From NCBI GenBank assembly GCA_963775395.1, contig CAVZIX010000018.1, positions 2,935 through 66,934 on the forward strand: 64,000 nucleotides of DNA. The letters run 5' to 3'. The notes beneath the pieces were generated by a model that did not search any database, was not told the origin of the DNA, and worked only from the letters and a program-made list of their open reading frames with translations. A program made the position numbers and the translations under genes. The stretch is from an uncultured Actinomycetes bacterium. Lineage in GTDB: Bacteria > Actinomycetota > Thermoleophilia > Gaiellales > Gaiellaceae. Below, piece by piece: positions 1 to 9,035 of the stretch (positions are counted from its first letter, which is position 1; the number at the start of each line of letters is the position of its first letter).

Positions 1-1268
1 ATCTCGTACGGTCGCGGCGCGTACCTGCGCGCGCGGTCGATGCGGCCGAACTGCTCGTCGAGCTTCCGCAGGGCCTCCAGGGTGTCCGCGCGCTCGAGGC
101 CGGAATGATGGGCGACCTCGTCGTAGCTCGAGAACGTCGCGTAGACGGCGGGGCGCCCCTTCATCATGTCCGAGAGGACGCCGTAGACGATCAGGTCGCG
201 GACGACGACGCACATGGCGGCGCGCAGGAACGGGTAGATCCCGCCCCGGTGGCCTCGTGGTAGGACGTCGCGCCGGCGCTGGCGGGCGGAGGCCGTGATC
301 TCGAGGAACACCTCCCAGAAGAAGAGGACGAGGGCCCGGGTGACGTTGAAGCCGTTGGCGAGGAACGCGCGGTAGCCGGGGTTCGCCTTCTTCTCGGCCT
401 CGAGCCTGCTCACCGTCAGAATCAGGTGGTCGGCCTCACCCGAGAGGAGGTTGCCGCGGCTCGCCCCGCCGTCTCTGAGCAGCCCGATCCCGGTCCCGCG
501 CCGGCGCTCGATCTCGGCGCAGTCCGCGGGCGCCGAGCACGTCATCAGCGTGCCGGTCTCCTTCTCGACCCAGCGGAACGCCGAGATGTCCTCGTTGGAG
601 CCGAGGAGGATGCCGGCCTGGCTCGCGCCCGTCTGTGAGGAGAGGTCCGTCTCCCACTCGCTGAGCCCATGTGTGTCATCGGCGAGCCAGCGCGCCATCG
701 TCGGCGCGTTGCCGTCGCGCATCGCGTTTCGCAGCACCGGCAGGGCGAGCCCGTCGATCTCCAGGAAGAGAATGCCCGGCTCGTCGGTGGCGACGCGCTC
801 GCCCGACCGGCGCGCGATGCGCTGGATCGATCGCAGCGAGTAGGTGTCGTCGTCGTTCGCCCCGACCACGACCTGGAGCGCGATGCTGACGGCCGCCGCC
901 ACGAGCGCGACGAGGAGGGCGATCCAGAACGAGTCGAGCTGGATCGTTCCCTCCGTGAGGCTGTCCGCAATCATCAGCATCGCCGCGTTCGCGAGCAGGA
1001 CGAGCACGAAGCCGAGCGCGAGCGTGAACGGGAGGCGGAGCGCGGCGATGAAGGGCGGGAGGATCGCGTTCAGGACCGCGACGACCAACGCGACGAGCAG
1101 AGCGCCCCAGAAGCCTTCGACCTCTGCGCCCGGGACGACGTAGGCGGCAGCCAGGAGCGCCAGCGCCGCGATCAGCCAGGCCACTACCAGCCGGGCGGGG
1201 CGGATGCGCGGCCGCTCGGGGTGCCAGGTCAGCGGCTCGGCGAAGCGAGCTGTGGTCTGCGCCTCCAC
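1..1268 (-). CDS. Membrane-anchored alkaline-phosphatase-superfamily protein (type I phosphodiesterase/nucleotide pyrophosphatase-like); 3' end runs off the window
   Basis: Manual minus-strand translation from GTG at 1268 gives VEAQTTARFAEPLTWHPERPRIRPARLVVAWLIAALALLAAAYVVPG... It has about 4 TM helices, then GILFLEIDGLALPVLRNAMRDGNAPTMARWL...SSQTGASQAGILLG...ATFSSYDEVAHHSG. It is open to position 1 and is absent from the ORF track only because it is partial. Its start lies 4 nt downstream of the upstream gene's stop. Confidence 0.7.
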   Translation of the reverse strand, partial: MEAQTTARFAEPLTWHPERPRIRPARLVVAWLIAALALLAAAYVVPGAEVEGFWGALLVALVVAVLNAILPPFIAALRLPFTLALGFVLVLLANAAMLMIADSLTEGTIQLDSFWIALLVALVAAAVSIALQVVVGANDDDTYSLRSIQRIARRSGERVATDEPGILFLEIDGLALPVLRNAMRDGNAPTMARWLADDTHGLSEWETDLSSQTGASQAGILLGSNEDISAFRWVEKETGTLMTCSAPADCAEIERRRGTGIGLLRDGGASRGNLLSGEADHLILTVSRLEAEKKANPGYRAFLANGFNVTRALVLFFWEVFLEITASARQRRRDVLPRGHRGGIYPFLRAAMCVVVRDLIVYGVLSDMMKGRPAVYATFSSYDEVAHHSGLERADTLEALRKLDEQFGRIDRARRYAPRPYE

Positions 1269-1272
1269 CGTC

Positions 1273-2451
1273 CTAGGTGCCTTCCGGCTCGTCGTCCTGT
1301 TCCGTCTGGCGGCGCCGGAAGCGGTCGAGCAGCTCGCCTCCCTCGGCCTCGCGTTGCGCCCGCTTCGCCTGCTTCTTCTCGGCCCGCTGCTCCTTCTGCT
1401 CGGCGACCTTGACCTTCGCGTCCGTGTACGACTCCCCGACGAGCTGCTTTCCGCCCGTCCAGCCGAACGTCCACACGACGAGGACGATCGCGAGGAGGAC
1501 GTTCCAGGCGGTCATGATCAGCTGCTGGGCCGTGGAGTAGGCGACGGCGGTGGACTGGGGGACGTCGCAGCAGGAGTCGAGGGCGAGGGCGTTGGTCGCC
1601 TGGGTGATCCCGACTGCACCGGGGGTCACGGACACGACGTTCGCGAGCGAGCCCGAGCCGGTCACCCACATGATCGACTCGAAGGTGACCGGGATCGCGA
1701 AGGCGGCCAGGAAGATCCCGATCACGACCAGCTTGCAGAGCCATGAGAGGAGCGAGGGCAGGAACACGTGAATCGCGTACCGGCGCGGCGTCGAGAGGAT
1801 CGCCCCGCCGGCCTTCGCCTGCGCCCAGAGCTTCTTGACCTGGCGCCAGAAGATGCGGCCGACCAGGACGATCAGGAACCCGCCACCTGCGAGGACGGCG
1901 AGCACAATCGCCGGGTTGTTGTCGATGCTGTCCAGGCTCTCATCGAATGAGCCGGGCACCGAGAGGAAGAGATAGAGGTAGACGAACGTCCCGGCGAGCG
2001 TGAAGAAGATCTTCTGGACGAGGTAGGCCGCCAACGCGCCGGCGAACGTGCAGGCTGGGATGATGGCCACGAACATGAGCAGCGTCACAAACGTGCCGAT
2101 GTTCGCGGGCAGGAAGTTGTTCATGGCCACCCCGACCGCGTAGGCGGTCACGATCGGGGCCAGCGTGACCTCGCCGGGGTACGCCGCGCGGAGGATGCCG
2201 TAGTACGAAAGCCCGGCGAGCACCGTCTGGGCGGTCTGGACGGCAAATGCGGCGACGATGTAGCCGGCCGGGACCTCCTTGATCTGGTCCCAGAGGTTCT
2301 CGAGCCAGCCGATGACGTCGATCCCGAGGAGATGGAGGAGGACGATCACGACCGTAGTCCCGAGCAGCCATCCAGCCACCTTGACGAGGCGGCTGCGACG
2401 GGACGGGTCGCGGAAGGGCAGGACTTTTTCGGCTGCGGGGTGCGCGGTCAA
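1273..2451 (-). CDS. Flippase-like / LPG_synthase_TM (UPF0104) family polytopic membrane protein
   Basis: ORF 1273..2532 has multiple TM helices and a Lys/Glu-rich C-terminal tail. The R-rich first 27 codons overlap the AI-2E gene, so the TTG at 2451 (or the GTG at VKVAGW) is the more likely start. Confidence 0.75.
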   Translation of the reverse strand: MTAHPAAEKVLPFRDPSRRSRLVKVAGWLLGTTVVIVLLHLLGIDVIGWLENLWDQIKEVPAGYIVAAFAVQTAQTVLAGLSYYGILRAAYPGEVTLAPIVTAYAVGVAMNNFLPANIGTFVTLLMFVAIIPACTFAGALAAYLVQKIFFTLAGTFVYLYLFLSVPGSFDESLDSIDNNPAIVLAVLAGGGFLIVLVGRIFWRQVKKLWAQAKAGGAILSTPRRYAIHVFLPSLLSWLCKLVVIGIFLAAFAIPVTFESIMWVTGSGSLANVVSVTPGAVGITQATNALALDSCCDVPQSTAVAYSTAQQLIMTAWNVLLAIVLVVWTFGWTGGKQLVGESYTDAKVKVAEQKEQRAEKKQAKRAQREAEGGELLDRFRRRQTEQDDEPEGT

Positions 2452-2455
2452 GGAC

Positions 2456-3685
2456 TCACCCCGGTGCTGCCACGGGCTCGGCGGCCGCTGCTGTCTCCGC
2501 AGCCGCCGCCTTCGCGCGTGCAAGGTCGGCACTGATGTGCACCGCCGCCGACGTGAGCGGTGCGGCGAGCACGAGCCCGACCATGCCGAAGAGCGCGCCG
2601 GCGCCGAGCGTGACGATAAGGACGACGAGCGGGTTGAGCCCGAGCGTCGCGCCGAACGCGATCGGCTGGAGGATGTTCTGGAGCAGGCCGTTCCCCAGGA
2701 GGACGATCAGGAGCATGATCGCCGCGGTCGTCGGGCCCTCAGAACCGAGCGCGAGCACGACGGCGAACGCGCCCGTGACGAACGCGCCGATGTACGGGAC
2801 GTACGCCGTTACGAACGCGACGACTGCGATCGTGCCGGCCAGAGGCACGCCGAGCACCCACGCCCCGAGGCCGACCACCACACCGTTGAAGGCCGCGACA
2901 ATCGTGACGCCGGCGAAGTAGCCTCGCAGCGAGCGGATCACGTTGCCCGTGATCGTCCGGGCGACCGGCTTCGGGACCCCCATGTGCTGTTCGACGCCCG
3001 CGCGCAGCGAGGGGCCGTCCTTGAGGAGGAAGAAGAGGCTGAGGACAGCGAACGAGAGCCCGAGCGCAAGGGACGCGATCTCGGTGATGCCGGTCACCAG
3101 GCCCCCGACGAACGTCGAGATGACCTGCGGCGTGTCCTGCTTGACGCTCTCGGTGGCGCTCGACGCGCCAGACGAGTCGACCCCGGCGTCCTCGAGCCAG
3201 CCCTGAATCTTGTCGGCGGCCTCGCCGGCGTGCGCGCCCGCCTCGTCGGACTGAGAGACGATCCCGCCGATCACGAGCAGGAGCACGAGTGCGCCCAGGG
3301 CCACCAGTAACAGGAGAACGATGGCCGCCCCTCCGGCCCGTGGGACGCGGTGCCGCCCGAGCCAGCCAACGAGCGGCGAGGCGACGGATGCCACCACGAA
3401 GGCGACGATCACCGGCTGGGTGATGACCGCCGTGGCGCCGAGGAGCCAGACCATGCCGAAGAGCAACGCGGCGAGGCCCACGAGAAGCCACGACGCGAAC
3501 CCGAGGTCGCGCAGCCAGCGTGGAGCCGAAAAGACATCAGCAAGCTCGTCCACGCTGACCTGGACGACGTGGCTCTCCGCCGCCTCCTCGCGCGTGTGAG
3601 CGGCGTGACCCTCCTGCTGGTGGTGGAATCTGGGAATCTTCACGGGCGAACGATGTGGAGCGGCTGACTGGCGACGCTGAGGCAC
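2456..3685 (-). CDS. AI-2E family transporter (PerM/UPF0118)
   Basis: The 409-aa ORF contains ...LLGNGLLQNILQPIAFGATLGLNPLVVLIVTLGAGALFGMVGLVLAAPL..., typical of the AI-2E family. The first codons have low GC3, so the true start may be the GTG at 3643. Confidence 0.85.
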   Translation of the reverse strand: MPQRRQSAAPHRSPVKIPRFHHQQEGHAAHTREEAAESHVVQVSVDELADVFSAPRWLRDLGFASWLLVGLAALLFGMVWLLGATAVITQPVIVAFVVASVASPLVGWLGRHRVPRAGGAAIVLLLLVALGALVLLLVIGGIVSQSDEAGAHAGEAADKIQGWLEDAGVDSSGASSATESVKQDTPQVISTFVGGLVTGITEIASLALGLSFAVLSLFFLLKDGPSLRAGVEQHMGVPKPVARTITGNVIRSLRGYFAGVTIVAAFNGVVVGLGAWVLGVPLAGTIAVVAFVTAYVPYIGAFVTGAFAVVLALGSEGPTTAAIMLLIVLLGNGLLQNILQPIAFGATLGLNPLVVLIVTLGAGALFGMVGLVLAAPLTSAAVHISADLARAKAAAAETAAAAEPVAAPG

Positions 3686-3766
3686 GGACAGTGCGAAGTC
3701 AAGTCAGGACGGTAGGACAGGCCTACGCAGGCCTGGGCGCGGCAGGAGTGAAATGCTTCTCGTCTA

Positions 3767-5365
3767 GTGGACGATCAGGCGAACGGAGCCCAGCCGGCGA
3801 CGGCGCCCAAACGGGCTGGGCTCGTTCTCGTCTCGCTGATCCTCGTCGCGGCGGTCGCCAACCTCAACCTCTCGGTGGCGAACGTCGCCCTCCCGTCGAT
3901 CGGCACGGCCTTCGACTCGTCGCAGACGACGCTCAACCTGATCGCGGTCGGGTATTCGCTGGGGCTCGCCGCGTCCGTCCTCTGGCTGGGGGCGATCGGC
4001 GACCGATACGGACGCAAGCTCCTGCTCGTGCTCGGGATGCTGCTCTCGGTCCCTGCGAGCCTGCTGGCGGCGTATTCGCCGTCGGACGAGGTCCTGTTCG
4101 TCGCGCGACTCGTGGGCGGGTTCTCGGCAGGCATGGCCTACCCGACGACGCTCGCGCTGATCACGGCTCTCTGGGCCGGGCCGGGGCGGACACGCTCGAT
4201 CGCGCTCTGGTCGGCGATCGGCGGCGGGATCGCAGCGCTCGGTCCGCTTGTCGCCGGCCTCCTCCTGGAGGAGTTCTGGTGGGGCTCGGTCTTCCTCGTC
4301 ACGCTGCCGCTCGTCGGGTTCGCGCTGCTGATGGCGATCCTCTACGTGCCGAGCCACGTCAACGAGACCACGGAGCCCGTCGACAACCTCGGCGGGATCC
4401 TCTCGCTGGTCATGGTCGGGACGTTGATCCTCGGGATCAACTTCGCGCCGGTCCCCAACGAAGGGGCGCTCGCCGTCGGGCTCATCGCGGTCGCCGTGGC
4501 GACCGCGATCGCCTTCGGCCTCCGGCAGCGCCGCGCGCGTAACCCTCTCTACGATCTCGAGGTCGCGTCGCGCCGGATCTTCTGGGTTGCCGCGTGTGCC
4601 GGGATCATCATCTTCGGCTCGTTGATGGCCGCGGCGTTCGTGAGCCAGCAGTACCTCCAGAACGTGCTCGGCTACTCGACGGTGGAGGCCGGCGCGGCGA
4701 TCCTCCCCGCGATCGTCTTCATGATCCTCGTGGCGCCGCGCTCCGCGAAGCTCGTCGAGGCAAAGGGGGCCCGCTTCACGCTGCTGGCCGGCTACGTCTT
4801 CCTGCTGCTCGCCTTCCTATCGATGCTTCTCCTCTGGCGGGAGGGAAGCTCGTACTGGGAGGTCGGCCTCGCCTACGTCTTCGTCGGGATCGGCGTCGGT
4901 CTCGCCGGGACGCCGGCGTCGCACTCGCTCACGGGGTCGGTCCCGGTGCAGCGGGCGGGGATGGCCTCGGGCACGGCCGACCTGCAGCGCGACCTCGGGG
5001 GAGCGCTCCTGACCTCGGTCTTCGGCGCGCTGCTCGCGGCCGGGTACTCCACTGCGATGGGCGCTGCGATCGCGACCTCGCCCGACGGGCAGAAGGTCAC
5101 CGACAGCACGCAGAGCCAGCTCCAGCTCTCCTTCGCGAGCGCGGAGGATCTGGCGGCGCAGAGCCCCAAGTACGCGAGCGAAATCACGGCCGCCGCCAAG
5201 TCGTCGTTCCTCCAGGGCGACCAGTGGGCGTACACCGCCGGGGTGGTGGCCGTCGTGGCCGGGGCAGCGCTGGTCTTCTTCCTCTTCCCGCGGCGGGACG
5301 AGGAGCGGCAGCTTCTCGCCGGCTACCACGCCGCCGACACCGCGGCGGTCCCGCCCGGCGACTGA
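3767..5365 (+). CDS. MFS transporter, DHA2 (EmrB/QacA-like, 14-TMS) drug:H+ antiporter family
   Basis: The 532-aa ORF begins LVSLILVAAVANLNLSVANVALPSIGTAFDSSQTTLNLIAVGYSLGLAASVLWLGAIGDRYGRK (MFS motif A, G-x3-D-R-x-G-R-K). It has many TM segments. Confidence 0.9.
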   Translation: MDDQANGAQPATAPKRAGLVLVSLILVAAVANLNLSVANVALPSIGTAFDSSQTTLNLIAVGYSLGLAASVLWLGAIGDRYGRKLLLVLGMLLSVPASLLAAYSPSDEVLFVARLVGGFSAGMAYPTTLALITALWAGPGRTRSIALWSAIGGGIAALGPLVAGLLLEEFWWGSVFLVTLPLVGFALLMAILYVPSHVNETTEPVDNLGGILSLVMVGTLILGINFAPVPNEGALAVGLIAVAVATAIAFGLRQRRARNPLYDLEVASRRIFWVAACAGIIIFGSLMAAAFVSQQYLQNVLGYSTVEAGAAILPAIVFMILVAPRSAKLVEAKGARFTLLAGYVFLLLAFLSMLLLWREGSSYWEVGLAYVFVGIGVGLAGTPASHSLTGSVPVQRAGMASGTADLQRDLGGALLTSVFGALLAAGYSTAMGAAIATSPDGQKVTDSTQSQLQLSFASAEDLAAQSPKYASEITAAAKSSFLQGDQWAYTAGVVAVVAGAALVFFLFPRRDEERQLLAGYHAADTAAVPPGD

Positions 5366-5409
5366 CCCCCCGTAAGCTTCCCGTGTCGCCGACCGAGGAG
5401 GAGGAGTTG

Positions 5410-5865
5410 ATGGCAACTGACCGTCCAGGCCCGATCGTGGTCGGCTACGACGACGAGGATGCGGCGAAGCGGGCGCTCGACCGCGCGCTCGACGAGGCGA
5501 AGTCGGCCGGGACGGGGCTCGTCGTCGTCTCGGTCGTCGAGCTGCCGCTCGACCCGGAGGGCCCGCAGAACTTCGGCACGCTGGACGACAGCCCCGCGCG
5601 GATGATCCCGCTCGTCGTCCCGGACGAGCTGGAGCCGGTCATCGCCCACGCCCGGCAGCGGGTGGCCGCCGAGGGCGTCTTCGCCGACTTCCTCTGGGCG
5701 GCGGGGGACCCGGCGAACGTCCTCGTCGACGTCGCCCGCGACCGAAGCGCGTCGCTCGTGGTCGTCGGCTCTCATCACCACGGCTTCCTCGCCAAGCTCG
5801 TGGGAAGTGATGTCGCCGCCGAGGTGAAACGGCACGCGGGCGCGGACGTGCTCGTCGTCGAGTAG
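5410..5865 (+). CDS. Universal stress protein (UspA family)
   Basis: ATG at 5410 is preceded by GAGGAGGAGGAG. MATDRPGPIVVGYDDEDAAKRALDRAL...LVVVGSHHHGFLAKLVGSDVAAEVKRHAGADVLVVE is the USP fold with the C-terminal G-x2-G-x9-G-S motif. The upstream part of ORF 4594..5865 is an off-frame shadow of the MFS gene. Confidence 0.9.
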   Translation: MATDRPGPIVVGYDDEDAAKRALDRALDEAKSAGTGLVVVSVVELPLDPEGPQNFGTLDDSPARMIPLVVPDELEPVIAHARQRVAAEGVFADFLWAAGDPANVLVDVARDRSASLVVVGSHHHGFLAKLVGSDVAAEVKRHAGADVLVVE

Positions 5866-5961
5866 AGCCTTCCGGGCCCTGATGATGTGGTTGGATCACG
5901 CTCAGAAGGAAGGCGCAGGTCCTCCACCTGATCACCCGACCGGCCAGGAAAGGAGCTAGGC

Positions 5962-7356
5962 ATGCCGCTTAGCCACCCGAAGGGACCGCCCCGCTCGAGC
6001 GCCGACGACCTCGGCGTTGCACCCCTGTTCACCCTGGAGGGCGCGAAGATCCCGCGCCACCAGCTTCCGGAGGGCGAGCTTCCTCCGGACGTGGCCTACC
6101 AGATCATCCACGACGAGCTGATGATCGACGGCAACGCCCGCCTCAACCTGGCCACCTTCGTCACCACCTGGATGGAGCCGCAGGCGCAGGCGCTCATGTC
6201 CGAGTGCTTCGACAAGAACATGATCGACAAGGACGAGTACCCGCAGACCGCCGAGCTCGAGATGCGCTGCGTCTCGATCCTCGCGCGGCTGTGGAACGCG
6301 CCGGACGCCGACCAGGCCACCGGCTGCTCGACGACCGGCTCGAGCGAGGCGGCGATGCTGGGCGGGCTCGCGCTCAAGCGCCGCTGGCAGCACCGGCGCA
6401 AGGCCGAGGGCAAGCCGATCGACTCGCCCAACATCGTCATGGGGATCAACGTCCAGGTCTGCTGGGAGAAGTTCGCCAACTACTGGGACGTGGAGATGCG
6501 CCTGGTGCCGATGGAAGGCGATCGCCTGCATCTCTCCGCGGAGGAGGCGGTGAAGCTCTGCGACGAGAACACGATCGCGGTCGTCCCGGTGCTCGGCTCC
6601 ACGTTCGACGGCTCGTACGAGCCGGTCAAGGAGATCTGCGACGCGCTCGACGAGCTGCAAGCCGGCTCGGACCTCGACGTCCCCGTCCACGTCGACGGCG
6701 CGTCCGGGGCGTTCGTCGCGCCCTTCGTCGACCCTGATCTCGAGTGGGACTTTCGCCTCCCGCGAGTGGCGTCGATCAATGTCTCCGGCCACAAGTACGG
6801 GCTCGTCTACCCCGGCGTCGGCTGGGTTGTCTGGCGCGATGCGGACGCGCTCCCCGACGACCTCGTCTTCTGGGTCAACTACCTCGGCGACAACATGCCG
6901 ACGTTTGCGCTGAACTTCTCCCGCCCGGGCGCGCAGGTCGTCGGCCAGTACTACAACTTCCTCCGACTGGGGTTCGAGGGGTACCGGCGCGTGCAGGAGT
7001 ACGCGCGCGAGGTGGCCACGAACCTGTCCGCGCGGATCGCCGAGCTGGGGCCGTTCCAGCTCATCACGAAGGGCGACGAGCTGCCGGTCTTCGCCTTCGC
7101 GCTGAAGGACGAGATCGACAACTTCACGGTCTTCGACGTCTCGAACGCCCTGCGCGAGCGCGGCTGGCTCCTGCCTGCGTACACGTTTCCCAAGAACCGC
7201 GAGGACCTCGCGGCGCTGCGCGTCGTCGTCAAGCGTGGGTTCAGCGAGGACCTCGCCGACCTGCTGATCCATGACCTGGAACGCCAGCTGCCCCGGTTGC
7301 AGAAGCAGTCCGCTCCCGTCCACGAACGCGACACGGCGACCAGCTTCCACCACTAG
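5962..7356 (+). CDS. gadB: Glutamate decarboxylase (PLP-dependent, group II)
   Basis: The 464-aa ORF follows an AGGAAAGGAG RBS. It contains ...DGNARLNLATFVTTWMEPQAQALM...DKDEYPQTAELEMRCV...INVSGHKYGLVYPGVGWVVWRD (S-G-H-K PLP lysine). It aligns along its full length with bacterial and plant GAD. Confidence 0.93.
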   Translation: MPLSHPKGPPRSSADDLGVAPLFTLEGAKIPRHQLPEGELPPDVAYQIIHDELMIDGNARLNLATFVTTWMEPQAQALMSECFDKNMIDKDEYPQTAELEMRCVSILARLWNAPDADQATGCSTTGSSEAAMLGGLALKRRWQHRRKAEGKPIDSPNIVMGINVQVCWEKFANYWDVEMRLVPMEGDRLHLSAEEAVKLCDENTIAVVPVLGSTFDGSYEPVKEICDALDELQAGSDLDVPVHVDGASGAFVAPFVDPDLEWDFRLPRVASINVSGHKYGLVYPGVGWVVWRDADALPDDLVFWVNYLGDNMPTFALNFSRPGAQVVGQYYNFLRLGFEGYRRVQEYAREVATNLSARIAELGPFQLITKGDELPVFAFALKDEIDNFTVFDVSNALRERGWLLPAYTFPKNREDLAALRVVVKRGFSEDLADLLIHDLERQLPRLQKQSAPVHERDTATSFHH

Positions 7357-7928
7357 CGTCCGACGGCCGCGTGCCGGCTCATTAGCCAGGCGCCGACGAA
7401 GAAGCAGACGGCTCCGAGGAACGTGAACGCGTTCGTCGCCTCCGTGTTCAGGAGCTCGCCCGTGTCCGGAACCACCCACGATGTCACCGCAGCGATCCCG
7501 AAGAAGACCGAGCCCAGCATGTTGAGCCAGGCGATCCGCCGGTCCGTTCCCCGCCGACCCCAGACGGCAGCGAGCGCCAGGCCGCTCGCAACGAGGAAGC
7601 AGGTCGAGCCGAGGGCGTCGGGCGCCCAGACGCGGATGTCCTCCTGCTTGGTCGAGAGCGCGTCGTTCATCGCGGTGAACGTCGTGACGTTGAAGAAGAG
7701 CGTGCCGGCGAACTGCACCACGCACGCCCACCAGTCGAGCCGGTCGAAGCGGGGCGTCTGCTTCAGCTGGAGGAGCGAGGCGGTCGTGAAGAAGATCGAC
7801 CCGACGAAGAATGTGACGCCGACCAGAGCCGGCTCGACGAGCTCCGCGTAGAACGGGGCCGACCCGAGCGCGAACGCGGTCGAGCCGACCATGAACAACA
7901 CCCCGATCCACCACAGCCTCGGCTTCAT
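7353..7928 (-). CDS. YrhK-like small polytopic membrane protein
   Basis: This is the C-terminal 191 codons of ORF 7353..10667, starting MKPRLWWIGVLFMVGSTAFALGS... It has two repeated YrhK-type halves (WW..V.F.G..FF). The rest of the 1104-aa ORF is antisense shadow of korA and the AKR gene. Its stop overlaps the gadB stop. Confidence 0.75.
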   Translation of the reverse strand: MKPRLWWIGVLFMVGSTAFALGSAPFYAELVEPALVGVTFFVGSIFFTTASLLQLKQTPRFDRLDWWACVVQFAGTLFFNVTTFTAMNDALSTKQEDIRVWAPDALGSTCFLVASGLALAAVWGRRGTDRRIAWLNMLGSVFFGIAAVTSWVVPDTGELLNTEATNAFTFLGAVCFFVGAWLMSRHAAVGR

Positions 7929-7963
7929 CCCGAGGGGATGATGCTTCGTCGGCCCGAGCGGTG

Positions 7964-8992
7964 CTAGCGCTCGCTCGAGGACGCCCAGAGGTTGATGCCG
8001 CTGTCCGTCGCGAAGCGGTCGATCTCGGCGAGCTCGTCGTCCGTGAAGTCGAGGCGGTCGAGCGCACCGACGTTCTCCTCGAGCTGGGCGACGCTGCTCG
8101 CGCCGATGAGCGTCGAGGTGACACGCGCGTCCCGCAGCGTCCAGGCCAGCGCCATCTGGGCGAGTGTCTGCCCCCGTCCGGAGGCGAGGTCGTTCAGCGC
8201 CCGGATCTTGTCCAGCGCCTCGTCGGTGAGGAGCTCCTTCGAGAGCGCGTAGCCCTCGCGCGAGGCGCGCGAGCCCTCCGGGATGCCGTTCAGGTACTTG
8301 CCGGTGAGCATTCCCTGCGCGAGCGGCGAGAAGCAGATGCACCCGATGCCCTCCTCGCCGAGAACGTCGAGGAGCTCCGGCTCGATCCACCGGTTGAGCA
8401 TCGAGTACGAGGGCTGGTGGATGAGCAGCCGGATCCCCAGGTCGCGGAGGATCGCCGCGGCCTCCGCCGTCTTCTCCGCCGAGTACGACGAGATGCCGAC
8501 GTAGAGCGCCTTGCCCTGCTGCACCGCCGACGCGAGCGCACCCATGGTCTCCTCGAGCGGCGTGTCCGGGTCGAAGCGGTGCGAGTAGAAGATGTCGACG
8601 TAGTCGAGGCCAAGGCGCCCCAGGCTCTGGTCGAGGCTGGCGAGGAGGTACTTGCGCGACCCGAGGTCGCCGTACGGGCCGGGCCACATGTCCCAGCCGG
8701 CCTTCGTCGAGATCACGAGCTCGTCGCGGTACGGCCTCAGGTCGGCGGCGAGCATCCGGCCGAAGTTCTCCTCCGCCGAGCCGTAGGGCGGCCCGTAGTT
8801 GTTGGCCAGGTCGAAGTTGGTGATCCCGAGGTCGAACGCCCGCCTGACGATCGCCCTGCCGTTCTCGAACGGACGGTCGTGGCCGAAGTTCCACCAGAGC
8901 CCGAGCGACACGGCGGGCAGGTCGAGGCCGCTGCGCCCGCAGCGCCGGTAGAGCATCCGGTGGTAGCGGCTCTCGTCGGGAACGTAGGTCAA
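7964..8992 (-). CDS. gpr: Aldo/keto reductase, L-glyceraldehyde-3-phosphate reductase (YghZ/Gpr-like)
   Basis: LTYVPDESRYHRMLYRRCGRSGLDLPAVSLGLWWNFGH...FDLANNYGPPYGSAEENFGR...GSRKYLLASLDQSLGRLGLDYVDIFYSHR...LIGASSVAQLEENV...INLWASSSER is near-collinear with E. coli YghZ. The TTG at 8992 fits that alignment; ATG at 8956 is the alternative. Confidence 0.9.
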   Translation of the reverse strand: MTYVPDESRYHRMLYRRCGRSGLDLPAVSLGLWWNFGHDRPFENGRAIVRRAFDLGITNFDLANNYGPPYGSAEENFGRMLAADLRPYRDELVISTKAGWDMWPGPYGDLGSRKYLLASLDQSLGRLGLDYVDIFYSHRFDPDTPLEETMGALASAVQQGKALYVGISSYSAEKTAEAAAILRDLGIRLLIHQPSYSMLNRWIEPELLDVLGEEGIGCICFSPLAQGMLTGKYLNGIPEGSRASREGYALSKELLTDEALDKIRALNDLASGRGQTLAQMALAWTLRDARVTSTLIGASSVAQLEENVGALDRLDFTDDELAEIDRFATDSGINLWASSSER

Positions 8993-9035
8993 TGCGCTTA
9001 GCTTCCTCCGGGTGCGGTATACCTGATCTACACAG

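Noticed and set aside
2452-2532. First 27 codons of ORF 1273..2532 (MPTLHARRRRLRRQQRPPSPWQHRGES)
   Set aside because: The stretch is Arg-rich and overlaps the 3' end of the AI-2E gene in another frame. A TTG at 2451 right after that gene's stop is a more plausible start.
3686-3766. Possible riboswitch or leader upstream of the MFS transporter, and similarly upstream of korA, gadB and the grd operon (glycine riboswitch)
   Set aside because: These intergenic regions are short (about 40-95 nt). I could not recognise any conserved riboswitch core sequences (glycine, guanidine, SAM, TPP) by eye. Covariance-model scanning would be needed to exclude them formally.
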